A stretch of DNA of 64,000 nt from Akkermansia muciniphila (GTDB taxonomy: Bacteria > Verrucomicrobiota > Verrucomicrobiia > Limisphaerales > UBA9464). The position numbers and the translations under genes are program-made. Below are positions 16,911 through 26,110 of this stretch, one piece after another (positions within the stretch are counted from its first letter, which is position 1; the number at the start of each line of letters is the position of its first letter). The stretch is taken from the NCBI GenBank assembly GCA_945893185.1, contig CAMDDW010000006.1:13495-77494 (forward strand), written 5' to 3'. A model generated the notes under the pieces. That model saw nothing but the letters and a program-made list of their open reading frames with translations. It was not told the origin of the DNA and ran no database searches.

Positions 16911-17040
16911 CCGGAACGATTCCGTTGGGAAGAAAGGGACCGCGCCGCGGATTCTTTCGCAAGACGAGGCGAGAGCGAAGGCACGGGCCATACTGAGGTT
17001 TGCGCTTAAGGCCCGTAACGAGCGAACAACGACGCTCTTG
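16911..17040. repeat. copy A of a dispersed non-coding intergenic element of about 130-150 bp
   Basis: Aligns by eye with 59291-59440. Shared blocks: gaacgattc-gttggga-gaaa, cgattctttcgc, gaggcgag, gc(g/c)cttaag(g/c)c, cgaacaacg, ctcttg. No conserved reading frame on either strand. Confidence 0.6.
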
Positions 17041-17240
17041 CAGAAGGAGAAGCAGCCAGCACGACCGGTTTAATGGAATTGTTCCCGCTAATCCCTACTC
17101 CAAAAAAAATAAAATACTCGGAATGAAAAATCAGGCTCTCTGGTAGCGAAGGCGTCGTGGCCATCCTGGTCCTGTCCCAGTCGTCCGGCAATTTTCCCTC
17201 TGCTGTAATCCATTGAGATCGAGCCCAGTTTTACCGTTTC

Positions 17241-18164
17241 ATGCCTCTCATGACATCCGCCACCGTGCGCATTCCGGGGACGACCTCCAATTTGGGCTCG
17301 GGCTTCGATACTCTGGGACTGGCCGTCGCGCTCTACAACCGGGCCACGGTCCGCCGCCGGAGCGACCGACGTGTCGAGATTACTTCTCCCATCGCCGAGG
17401 ATGCGCGGGCTGGAGCCCTCGCCATGCTGGAGGAGGCCGCTGCTGCGTTCTTCAAAAAGACTCGCGCCCAACGCTTCGGGGTAGATCTTCACCTGGCCGG
17501 CGACGTACCGATCGCGCGGGGACTCGGATCCAGCGTGACCGCCCGACTCGGCTGCGTGGCCGGACTCAACGCCCTAGCAGGCAGCCCGCTAGATCGACAA
17601 GGATTGCTAGAAGTCGTGGCGGCTCTGGAAGGCCATCCCGACAACGCGGCTCCGGCGATCTTTGGCGGTTTCACGGCCGCAGGATTTGTGGGCTCTGAGG
17701 TCCGATGCATCCGGGTGCCACTCCAGAGTCGGATCCGCTTGGTGACCCTGATTCCGCACTTCGAGGTCAGCACGCCGGAGGCTCGGAAGCGAGTGCCGCA
17801 GACCTTTTCCAAGGCCGATACGATTCATATTCTCAACCGAGCTTCCCTGGTCACCGCCGCGTTCACCACGGGCCGACTCGAGAACCTCCGCGGCTGCTTC
17901 GATGACCGCATTCACCAACCCTATCGGGCTGCGCTCATTCCAGGCATGGACGCCATCCTGGCGGCCGGCGTGAAAGCCGGAGCCATCGGCGGCTGGCTCA
18001 GCGGTAGCGGCTCCACCTTGATGTGCTTGGCCTTGGACAACCCCGAAGCCATCGCAACGGCCATGCAGCGAAAAATGCCCAAGGCCGCGGTCCACATCCT
18101 CAAGCCCGACAATGCGGGCCTGAAGGTGAACCCTAAAAAAAGGCTAAGTTATCAGCCCGACTAA
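17241..18164 (+). CDS. thrB: homoserine kinase
   Basis: GHMP kinase motifs: IPGTTSNLGSGFDTLGLAV and the phosphate-binding loop PIARGLGSSVTA. Length 307 aa. Confidence 0.9.
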   Translation: MPLMTSATVRIPGTTSNLGSGFDTLGLAVALYNRATVRRRSDRRVEITSPIAEDARAGALAMLEEAAAAFFKKTRAQRFGVDLHLAGDVPIARGLGSSVTARLGCVAGLNALAGSPLDRQGLLEVVAALEGHPDNAAPAIFGGFTAAGFVGSEVRCIRVPLQSRIRLVTLIPHFEVSTPEARKRVPQTFSKADTIHILNRASLVTAAFTTGRLENLRGCFDDRIHQPYRAALIPGMDAILAAGVKAGAIGGWLSGSGSTLMCLALDNPEAIATAMQRKMPKAAVHILKPDNAGLKVNPKKRLSYQPD

Positions 18165-18180
18165 GGAGCCGATCTGAAAC

Positions 18181-19527
18181 TCAAATCTGCTCGAAGTAGC
18201 GCTGCTTTTCCCAGTCGGTCACCGCGTTGCTAAAAGCCTGATGTTCGAGGCGGGCGTGGTGCACTGAAAAGTCGACAACCCCGTCGCCGAAGGCCTCGCG
18301 GGCCAGGCGCGACCCGTTGAAGAGGTCGGCAGCCGCGATCAGACTCGAGGGCAGACGCGGCAACTTCGGATCGATATAGGCATTGCCGGAATAGGGCTCA
18401 CCGCAGTCGAGCCCCTCATCGATGCCCGCCAAACCGGCGGCGATCATGGCCGCAAAAGCAAGGTATGGATTGGCATCAGCCCCGGGCATGCGGTTCTCCG
18501 GACGGTAACCATTGCCCTGCCCCACCACGCGGAATCCGGTGGTGCGGTTGTCCTGGGCCCAAGCCATGCGGGTCGGAGCCCAGCTCCCGGCCTGATAACG
18601 TTTGTAGCTGTTGATGGTCGGTCCGTAGAACAGGCACAACTCCGGAGAATATTTCAGCAACCCGCCCAAAAATTGCCGGAACATCGTGGACCCGGTCTTG
18701 GCCTTCGGATCCCAGAACAAGTTGCGGCCGGCCTTCCACAGGCTCATGTGAATATGACAGGAGTTCCCCGCCTCGGTCGGTGCCACCTTGGCCATGAAAC
18801 TCACCGACTTACCGTGCTGTCCGGCGATTTCCTTGACCCCCTGCTTGAAGACGACATGTCGATCAGCCATCTCCATGGCCTCGCCGTAGGTGAAATTAAT
18901 CTCATGCTGACCGCGGCTCCACTCGCCCTTGCTGCTCTCGATCGGCACACCCGCGGCCGTGAGTCCGTTGCGAATGGCCCGCATCAGCGGTTCATCGCGG
19001 CCGGGCTGCATCAAGTGGTAATCGATGCGGTAGTCGCTCGAGGGTTTGAGGTTCCGATAACCGGCTTCGAAGGCGGCACCGTAGGTTTGCTCATAGAGAT
19101 AAAACTCCAACTCGCTGGCGCAGAAGCAGGTGAGGCCGCGTTCCTTGAGCCGATCCAACTGGCGGCGCAACACCGAACGCGGAGCTTCGGCCACCGGCGA
19201 CCCGTTGGCGTGGCGAAAGTCGCAAATCACCAAGGCTGAACCCGGAAGCCAGGGCATCAGCCGGAACGTGGCCGTATCGGGCAGCATCTCAAAATCACCG
19301 AAACCCGAATCCCAATTGGCGACGGCAAACCCATCCAGCGGATCCATGTCGAGATTGACCGTGAGCAAGTAGCTACAGCCATGGGTCCCATGGGACACCA
19401 CTGACTCCAGAAAATGGCCTGCATGGAAACGCTTGCCCACGAGTCGGCCAAACGGATCGGGGATGGCCACGAGGACCGTGTCGACGGCACCCGACTTAAC
19501 CTGGGCCTTGAGCTGTTGGAGAGTCAT
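18181..19527 (-). CDS. glutamine synthetase family protein (gamma-glutamyl-amine synthetase, PuuA/GlnA-like)
   Basis: Internal ATG at 19527 (MTLQQLKAQVKSGAVDTV...). GS catalytic-domain motifs: SELEFYL, KGEWSRGQHEINF, GNSCHIHMSLW, NSYKRY, DNRTTGFRV. Confidence 0.9.
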   Translation of the reverse strand: MTLQQLKAQVKSGAVDTVLVAIPDPFGRLVGKRFHAGHFLESVVSHGTHGCSYLLTVNLDMDPLDGFAVANWDSGFGDFEMLPDTATFRLMPWLPGSALVICDFRHANGSPVAEAPRSVLRRQLDRLKERGLTCFCASELEFYLYEQTYGAAFEAGYRNLKPSSDYRIDYHLMQPGRDEPLMRAIRNGLTAAGVPIESSKGEWSRGQHEINFTYGEAMEMADRHVVFKQGVKEIAGQHGKSVSFMAKVAPTEAGNSCHIHMSLWKAGRNLFWDPKAKTGSTMFRQFLGGLLKYSPELCLFYGPTINSYKRYQAGSWAPTRMAWAQDNRTTGFRVVGQGNGYRPENRMPGADANPYLAFAAMIAAGLAGIDEGLDCGEPYSGNAYIDPKLPRLPSSLIAAADLFNGSRLAREAFGDGVVDFSVHHARLEHQAFSNAVTDWEKQRYFEQI

Positions 19528-19555
19528 ATTGAGATGGAGTGGGAAGAGATGCTGG

Positions 19556-20983
19556 TTATTCGGCCACGTACACGTTCTTGACCTCTGAGTAGCCTTCCAT
19601 CGCAGCCATGCCGAGGTCGCGGCCCAGCCCGCTCTGCTTGAAACCACCGAACGGAGCCTCCACATGAACGCTGCTGTGACTGTTGATGGAGAGCACGCCA
19701 CTCTGAATCGCACGGGTTACCCGAAACGCGCGTGAGAGGTTGTTCGTCCAGACCGATCCGCTCAGGCCATAGGGCGATGCATTCACGTCGCGCAGCATCG
19801 CCGCCTCGTCATCGAACGGAACCACCGCCGCAACCGGGCCGAAAATCTCCTCGCGCCAGCAGCGGTCTTCGGGAGCGACACCCGTGAGGATCGTGGGCTC
19901 CAGATAGAAGCCCGCCGAGGGCAAGCGCCCTCCCCCGCACACCACCGTGCTGCCGCACCGTCGTGCGTCTGCAAGATAGTCTTCGACCACCTGCCGCTGC
20001 GCGGAGGAGACCAAAGGGCCCAGTTGGGTGGACTCATTCAACGGATCGCCCACGATGAGCTTGCGGGTGGCCGCCGCGAATCGTTCCACGAATTGTTCGT
20101 ACACCGGGCGTTCGACATAGACCCGGCTTCGGGCGCAGCAGTCTTGGCCCGTGTTAGCGAAGACGGACATCGGCGCGGCATCGGCCGCCTTCTCCCAGTC
20201 GGCATCAGCGAAGATGATGTTGGGAGACTTGCCACCCAATTCGAGCGAGATCCGAGTCAAGTTCCGCGCGGCCAGCTCCATGATTCGGCGCCCCACCTCG
20301 GTGGAACCGGTGAAGGACACCTTACGGACCAGCGGGTGAGTCACCAGCGCGTCACCCAGAGTTCCGCCAGGACCGGTGATCACCTGCAGAACACCCGCGG
20401 GCAGTCCGGCCGCGTGGGCCAGTTCTCCCAATTTCAGCGCGGTCAGCGGCGAAAGGGAAGCCGGCTTCAGTAGCACCGCATTCCCAGCGGCCAGCGCCGG
20501 AGCCACCTTCCAACAGGCGATGGCGAAGGGGAAATTCCAAGGCACGATGGCTGAGATGACTCCCAGCGGTTGGCGCAGTGTGAAGTCGAGGCCTCCGCGG
20601 GCGACCGGAATGGTCTGACCGTAGAACCGGCTAATGCCTCCCGCGTAATATTCAAAAACCCGCGCCCCCAGAGCGACTTCATCTCGGGCATCGGCCAGTG
20701 GCTTGCCCACGTGCAGAACCTCTAGCCGAGCCAACTCCTCAGCATTTTCTCGGATCACAGCGGCGATCTTAAAAAGCACCGAGGCCCGTTTGCCCGGGGC
20801 CAGATCGCGCCAACCACTCTCAAACGCCTGGTGGGCTGAAACTGCCGCCGCATCGACTTCCTTCACCGTGGCCGCATCGATTTCCGCGAACACTTCGGCC
20901 GTGGCAGGATTAATCAGTCGCGTCTTCGGAGTGCCGTCGACCCCGATGTAGCGGCCGTCCAGAAACAATTGGTGAGGAATCAT
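19556..20983 (-). CDS. NAD(P)-dependent aldehyde dehydrogenase
   Basis: Internal ATG at 20983 (MIPHQLFLDGRY...). Motifs VPWNFP, FTGSTEVG, LELGGKSP, GQDCCARSRV (catalytic Cys), EEIFGPV. Confidence 0.9.
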   Translation of the reverse strand: MIPHQLFLDGRYIGVDGTPKTRLINPATAEVFAEIDAATVKEVDAAAVSAHQAFESGWRDLAPGKRASVLFKIAAVIRENAEELARLEVLHVGKPLADARDEVALGARVFEYYAGGISRFYGQTIPVARGGLDFTLRQPLGVISAIVPWNFPFAIACWKVAPALAAGNAVLLKPASLSPLTALKLGELAHAAGLPAGVLQVITGPGGTLGDALVTHPLVRKVSFTGSTEVGRRIMELAARNLTRISLELGGKSPNIIFADADWEKAADAAPMSVFANTGQDCCARSRVYVERPVYEQFVERFAAATRKLIVGDPLNESTQLGPLVSSAQRQVVEDYLADARRCGSTVVCGGGRLPSAGFYLEPTILTGVAPEDRCWREEIFGPVAAVVPFDDEAAMLRDVNASPYGLSGSVWTNNLSRAFRVTRAIQSGVLSINSHSSVHVEAPFGGFKQSGLGRDLGMAAMEGYSEVKNVYVAE

Positions 20984-21032
20984 GGGAGGAGTTGAGGAAA
21001 GAATGGGGGAGGCGGATTTGGAGCGTCGTTTG

Positions 21033-22187
21033 TCAGAGAACTTCGAGGTACAGAGCTCGCAAGTCTTCGATAGTGACTGGCACGGCATTGGTCCGGTGGC
21101 AGGGGTCTTCCCAGGCCTGGGCCACCAGTACGTCGAGATGCTCGGGGCGCACCCCGTGCTGAGAGAGCTTCTTATTCAAACCCAACCCCGCCAAGAAGGA
21201 CTCCACGAAGGCGATGGTAACTTGGTCTGCTTCAACGTCGGAGAGCTTAACTACTTCTAGCCCAGCGGCTTGTCCAACACGTCGGTATATTCCCGGACGG
21301 CGCGCACTACAGAATCGCAGGCTGGCCACCAAGCAAAGGGCATTGGCCAATCCATGGTGCATGCCGCAAATGGAAGACAGCGGGTGCGCCAATGAGTGGA
21401 CCACTCCCAGATCTTTCTGGAAAGCCACAGCGCCCATGGCTGCCGCCACGAGCATGTGGCCGCGGGCCTCTAGGTCCTTGCCATCGCGATAAGCTTTGGG
21501 AAGCGCTTCAAAGATCAATCGAACTCCCTCGAGAGCAATGCCATCGCACATCGGATGGAAAGACGGACAGGTGAAGCTTTCGATGCAGTGGGTCAGTGCA
21601 TCGGCCCCGGTTGCAGCGGTCAGGTGAGGCGGCAATCCCACCGTCAGCGCGGGATCCAGGATCACCAGTTTGGCCAACATTTCAGGATTGAAGAGCACCG
21701 CCTTGCGATGAGTGGCATCGAGGGTGATCACTGAGCTGCGCCCCACCTCACTGCCAGTGCCCGCCGTGGTGGGAATGGCCACTAGCGGCAGCAGGCCACT
21801 CCAGTCGGACTCGTCATAGAACTTCGAGAGATCGTAGCCAGGACGAAGCGCCAACAGACGCGCGGCCTTACCGGCATCCAAGGGGCTTCCACCGCCAATG
21901 GCGATCACCCCGTCGCACTGATGATCCCTCAGCGCGGCGGCCGCCTGGCGCACATCTTCCTCGACCGGATTGGGATGAACCCCATCAAAGACGAACCACG
22001 TCTTGCCTTGATTATCGGCACCCATTACCGCAGCGAGTTGGGCGAAAGCGTCCGTCTTTACCAGTCCGCCATCGGTCACCACCAGCGGGCGGCGCACACC
22101 GAGTTTGACTAGGGCGGCCGGCAATTCAGCCAGCGCGCCAGCACCGTAGAGAGTTCGAGTCGGGAAAGAAAAGGCAGTCAGGCTCAT
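21033..22187 (-). CDS. iron-containing (group III) alcohol dehydrogenase
   Basis: 384 aa. GGGSPLDAGKA, PTTAGTGSE and His-rich metal site motifs (ALTHCIES, HSLAHPL...HHGLANA). Confidence 0.9.
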   Translation of the reverse strand: MSLTAFSFPTRTLYGAGALAELPAALVKLGVRRPLVVTDGGLVKTDAFAQLAAVMGADNQGKTWFVFDGVHPNPVEEDVRQAAAALRDHQCDGVIAIGGGSPLDAGKAARLLALRPGYDLSKFYDESDWSGLLPLVAIPTTAGTGSEVGRSSVITLDATHRKAVLFNPEMLAKLVILDPALTVGLPPHLTAATGADALTHCIESFTCPSFHPMCDGIALEGVRLIFEALPKAYRDGKDLEARGHMLVAAAMGAVAFQKDLGVVHSLAHPLSSICGMHHGLANALCLVASLRFCSARRPGIYRRVGQAAGLEVVKLSDVEADQVTIAFVESFLAGLGLNKKLSQHGVRPEHLDVLVAQAWEDPCHRTNAVPVTIEDLRALYLEVL

Positions 22188-22236
22188 GTTGTTTAGGTCG
22201 AAGGAGATTGTTGCAATCGGGTCATTGGGCCAAGGG

Positions 22237-22980
22237 TCATCCCTGAACGAAATGGTGCAGAAAATTGTGCAAAATTTGCTGTCCCCAGGGTGTCGGCTGC
22301 AAGTTGTCCAACACCTCGTCTAGATTAAAACGAACACGCGGGCGCCACAACTCGCGTCGTGGATTCCAAATTAAGCGAAGCACCTCAGGATCCGTCTCTG
22401 GGTGGAACTGGACCCCATGGAGCAGTTGCGTGGAGTCTTGAATTCCCTGAATCGGCGCAAAGGTGCCGGCCACCGTATGGGTCACCCCACTGGGAAGATT
22501 GGACACCACATCGGAATGGCTCGAGAGCACATCAAAGCTGTCTGGAATTTTATCAAACAACTTCGACATTCGACCGGCTGGAGTGAGTGTCACCGGAGTA
22601 TTTCCCAGCTCCAGGCCTTGCGGATCTGGCGCCACCGTCGCTCCCAAAACTCGGGCCATGAGTTGGTGGCCATAGCACACCCCAAGAACCGGCACCCCGG
22701 AATCTCGGCATCGAAGAATCCACTCGCCCAACTGCACGTTGACCGGGTCGTCACTCCAAGCATCTCGGGGCGAACCGCTGAGAATGACCCCGTCCCATTC
22801 CGCTGGTGAATATAACGGATTGATGTCCGATTCGACACCGACCCTGCACCACTCCACCGGCATAGATTTAGGAGTCCACCGGGTAAACCAACCGCAGACA
22901 TCGCGACGGGGATCCGGCTCCAAACCCGGCGGCCAAATCACTGAATCTACCAACAACACCCGTCTAGTACGCATTGCCAT
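22237..22980 (-). CDS. class I glutamine amidotransferase-like protein (candidate gamma-glutamyl amide hydrolase)
   Basis: Nucleophile elbow GVCYGHQLM and FHPE (VQFHPET). Stand-alone GATase1 domain of 247 aa. Confidence 0.85.
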   Translation of the reverse strand: MAMRTRRVLLVDSVIWPPGLEPDPRRDVCGWFTRWTPKSMPVEWCRVGVESDINPLYSPAEWDGVILSGSPRDAWSDDPVNVQLGEWILRCRDSGVPVLGVCYGHQLMARVLGATVAPDPQGLELGNTPVTLTPAGRMSKLFDKIPDSFDVLSSHSDVVSNLPSGVTHTVAGTFAPIQGIQDSTQLLHGVQFHPETDPEVLRLIWNPRRELWRPRVRFNLDEVLDNLQPTPWGQQILHNFLHHFVQG

Positions 22981-23201
22981 TGTCTTCCAACAGGAAACGG
23001 CACCCGGTCAACCCATTGCCAGAGGATTCTCGCGACAAGCCAAATCAGAAATTTTCGGGACCCTGAGCACCGACACCACTACAGGTGTTTGCGCCGTTCT
23101 GAAACCCACGGCCCGTTGCCGGTTTCAAAGCCACGGTTTTGCCCTGTTCTTGGAGGGGGGGCTTCCGGATTGAGCCACCGCGTCAGTGACGGGATAAAAA
23201 C

Positions 23202-23584
23202 CGATGAAACCTGCCGGTTTGAAAACCACTGAGCGCAGAAACTCAGCGGATCATCGATCCGACCTGAGATTGTCGGTTGCCTAAACGAATTCTAATAAAC
23301 TCTGGTGGGCCTCAGTCGCATTCGGCCTCATCTGGAAGAAGGAAAAAACGCTGGAGCTCATCCGGAAAGAAAACGGATTTGAGGATCCGGCAAAACCGCG
23401 GATTTCAAACCGGCAACTTTACGTGGGTTCCAGAACGATGCTGACACGACCGCGTTTCTTCCTTCTTCGAATGGCACCCGAATGCATTCAGAGACCAATA
23501 GGGCGAACCAGGATCCGCTTGGGCAACGAACAAGAAGAGGGCCGATTGATGAGGCGGTGAATTTCAAACCGGCAGGTTTCATCG
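23202..23584. repeat. 383-bp segment bounded by a perfect 23-bp inverted repeat made of REP-like hairpin units
   Basis: cgatgaaacctgccggtttgaaa (23202-23224) is the exact reverse complement of tttcaaaccggcaggtttcatcg (23562-23584). Each arm contains the hairpin aaacc-N4-ggttt. A third unit, tttcaaaccggca, lies at 23403-23415. A related hairpin, tgaaacc...ggtttca, lies at 23100-23127. Confidence 0.7.
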
Positions 23585-23672
23585 ATTTTCACGCCGTCGC
23601 TGACATACTGAAGACTTCCTCATCCTAAACAGTCCTAAACAGCCAGTCCCAATCAGCGATTCATCGAGAAAC

Positions 23673-24668
23673 TTACCCGAGCGCATCGACCCGTAGATCT
23701 CGAAGCGTCGACAGATCTGACCAAGGTGCACCACGGATAGGACGCGCCCCGTCTCGGCGTTTAGACCCAAAGGATGCACGGTATCGGAAGAAAACAGCAT
23801 CCACGAACTTGCGGGAGCCCAGCGCCACCCCATCGGTCAAGTGTCGGACCCTGAGTCGCAGGATTTCAGCCTCGCTCAACTTTCCTCCCTTCAAGAGCAC
23901 CGAACGAATGGTTTCCCGATCCAATTCCCGCTTTGAGCTATGCCCACCAACGCCTGCCTGAACGAACATAGATTCCCTATAACGAGCTGCTGCTTGACCC
24001 CAATTCGGCATCGAGAAAACCCTCATAATTCCTCGTTGCAAATTCCTTTGCCCCACCAAAGCCGCCGAGTAGCCGCAGAATCGATAATCCTTAGGATCAC
24101 CCACCATACCTGCCCGCACTGGGTTGAGATCAATGTAAGCAGCGACCGTCCGCAAAGCCCTAGGAGAGTCCTCCACCAGTACACTTTTGAAGCGTTCCGC
24201 CCAAAGAGTGCCAAAGCGTTCTGTCCGTCGATTGTACCAGCGACTGAAACGCTGTTTGAATTCCTTCATAAACACCGACACATCGCCCATTCGCCCTAGG
24301 AGTGTCTGGCGAATGTGTCCCGGCATCTGGCCCTTGCCCTGCCCCATCATCGCATCCCGCGCCAGAACCACCAAAAAACCTTGCGACCCATAGAAACCTT
24401 CGGCCCTGAGGAACAGCTCCTCATCACTCAACGCCACAGCCTTTGGAACCCGCACCAGCAGATGGAAATGATTCCCCATCATGCAATAAGTGATCACCTC
24501 CAACCCGCAGAACCGAGCCAGCGGCATCAACAGATCCACCAACCGAGCCTTGCAAAGATCATCCAGCAGCATCTGCCCGCCCACCGTCCGTGAAACGCAG
24601 TGGTAGACAGCACCTTCAGAGCCCCCCCCTTTAATCCGCGCCAATCTCATATTTTGAAATCTAGACAC
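23673..24668 (-). CDS. HUH Y1 tyrosine transposase-like protein (IS200/RAYT-like)
   Basis: 331 aa. HUH motif MGNHFHLLV. The catalytic-Tyr motif AAYIDLNPVRAGMV is typical of REP-associated tyrosine transposases and IS200-like TnpA. REP-like hairpins lie about 90 bp downstream. Confidence 0.8.
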   Translation of the reverse strand: MSRFQNMRLARIKGGGSEGAVYHCVSRTVGGQMLLDDLCKARLVDLLMPLARFCGLEVITYCMMGNHFHLLVRVPKAVALSDEELFLRAEGFYGSQGFLVVLARDAMMGQGKGQMPGHIRQTLLGRMGDVSVFMKEFKQRFSRWYNRRTERFGTLWAERFKSVLVEDSPRALRTVAAYIDLNPVRAGMVGDPKDYRFCGYSAALVGQRNLQRGIMRVFSMPNWGQAAARYRESMFVQAGVGGHSSKRELDRETIRSVLLKGGKLSEAEILRLRVRHLTDGVALGSRKFVDAVFFRYRASFGSKRRDGARPIRGAPWSDLSTLRDLRVDALG

Positions 24669-24768
24669 CGAGACCCAAGTAAGTCAAAAATATTGAACCT
24701 GTCACTTTATTTGGGTTTGACTGGTTGACTGTTGGGAACTGGTGCTCTATCGAATGATTATTCGCTTT

Positions 24769-26010
24769 ATGAGGGTTTTAAATTCTTGGGTTTCGTGCGC
24801 TTTGGGTTCGTTGGTGGCTTTGTCTGCTTTCGGGGCGGATTGGCCTCAGTGGCGGGGTGATTCCCGCAGGGACCATTCTCCAGACAAGGGCTTGCTGGCC
24901 CAGTGGCCTCAGGAGGGACCAAAACAGGTCTGGTCGTTCAACAATGCGGGCTCGGGTTATGCCGGCTTCGCGATTGCGAAAGACTCCCTCTTCACAATGG
25001 GTCTCCGGGATGGACAGGAATTTCTGATAGCAGTCAACGCTTCCACTGGAAAAGAATTGTGGAGCTCTTCAGCGGGCCAAAAATACCCGAATGGTTGGGG
25101 GGATGGCCCTCGAATGACTCCGACGGTGGATGGTGATCGAGTCTTCGCCATCGGTGGACAGGGCCTACTGATCTGCGTGGAGGCCAAGAACGGAAAATTG
25201 ATCTGGTCCAAGAATCTGGTGACCGATCTGGGCGGTCAGCTCCAAGATTGGGGTTATACCGAATCTCCTCTGGTGGTCGGCGATATTGTCATCTGCACCC
25301 CGGGTGGACCTCAGGGAACTCTCGCAGCATTAGACAAATCCTCCGGTGCAGTCCGATGGCGCACTTCAGGGCTCACGGACAAGGCTCAGTATTCTTCTCC
25401 AATCCTGATCCAACACGACGGCCAACCTCAGGTCGTCCAGTTGGTGATGAATCGCTTCTTCGGGGTATCCCCCAAGGATGGCTCCGTTCTATGGAAGAAA
25501 GACTTTCCAGGACGGGTGGCCGTCATTCCCACCCCCATCTATGAGGACGGGATCGTTTACGTGACCGCTGGATATGGTGTGGGATGTGAGGCGGTTCGCT
25601 TGGGCACAAATAACTCAATCGCTCCACTTTACTCCAACAAAGTGATGAAGAATCACCACGGCGGGGTTGTTTGCGTCGATGGATACCTTTACGGCCACTC
25701 CGACGGGGCTGGCTGGGTCTGCCAAGAACTTAAAACCGGCAAAGAAATCTGGTCCCACAAGGGTTTTGGGAAGGGATCGGTCACCTACGCCGATGGAAAG
25801 CTCATCTGCCTCGATGAGCGCAATGGGGATGTCGCTCTGGTGGAGGCGAGTACTCAGGGATGGAAGGAGTTGAGTCGCTTCAAGCTGGCTCCGCTAAGCT
25901 CCAAGCGGAGTCCTCAGGGAGGGATTTGGCCGCACCCGGTCGTTGTCAACGGACGACTCTACCTGCGCGATCAGGAGTTGCTCCACTGCTTCAATGTGAA
26001 GTCCCCGTGA
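24769..26010 (+). CDS. secreted PQQ-like beta-propeller repeat protein
   Basis: Signal peptide MRVLNSWVSCALGSLVALSAFG, then DWPQWRGDSRRDH and repeated propeller-blade motifs. The ORF track begins upstream at a GTG (24742). The ATG at 24769 gives a canonical signal peptide. Confidence 0.85.
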   Translation: MRVLNSWVSCALGSLVALSAFGADWPQWRGDSRRDHSPDKGLLAQWPQEGPKQVWSFNNAGSGYAGFAIAKDSLFTMGLRDGQEFLIAVNASTGKELWSSSAGQKYPNGWGDGPRMTPTVDGDRVFAIGGQGLLICVEAKNGKLIWSKNLVTDLGGQLQDWGYTESPLVVGDIVICTPGGPQGTLAALDKSSGAVRWRTSGLTDKAQYSSPILIQHDGQPQVVQLVMNRFFGVSPKDGSVLWKKDFPGRVAVIPTPIYEDGIVYVTAGYGVGCEAVRLGTNNSIAPLYSNKVMKNHHGGVVCVDGYLYGHSDGAGWVCQELKTGKEIWSHKGFGKGSVTYADGKLICLDERNGDVALVEASTQGWKELSRFKLAPLSSKRSPQGGIWPHPVVVNGRLYLRDQELLHCFNVKSP

Positions 26011-26110
26011 TGATCCTTGGTTCGTCGATCGCCGACGGGCCTACTTTATTCTTAGAGGGCTCCTCCGGTCCCCTACTCGTTTGCTGGCTAGTGCATTGCT
26101 CCCCGGTGCA

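Noticed and set aside
16896-16991. Alternative upstream start (16991) for the membrane TPR protein.
   Set aside because: The extra 32 codons are encoded by the dispersed non-coding element, whose second copy (59291-59440) is not in any conserved frame.
17041-17070. gaaggagaagcagcc resembles the GGAAGCAGCC core of SRP (4.5S) RNA helix 8.
   Set aside because: The flanking sequence does not form the required symmetric-loop and GNRA-tetraloop helix: there is no AGG 5-prime side and the closing pairs are wrong. There is also no extended terminal helix.
20078-20087. Extra occurrence of gaatcgttcc, the reverse complement of the dispersed-element 9-mer core, inside the aldehyde dehydrogenase gene.
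   Set aside because: It lies in a conserved coding region with no surrounding similarity to the element and is most likely chance. It is noted because it lowers the significance of the motif count.
23358-23582. 74-aa ORF inside the inverted-repeat-bounded segment, and the 84-aa ORF at 23579-23833.
   Set aside because: No motifs. The first runs through the REP-like repeat units, and the second overlaps the 3-prime end of the transposase gene in another frame.
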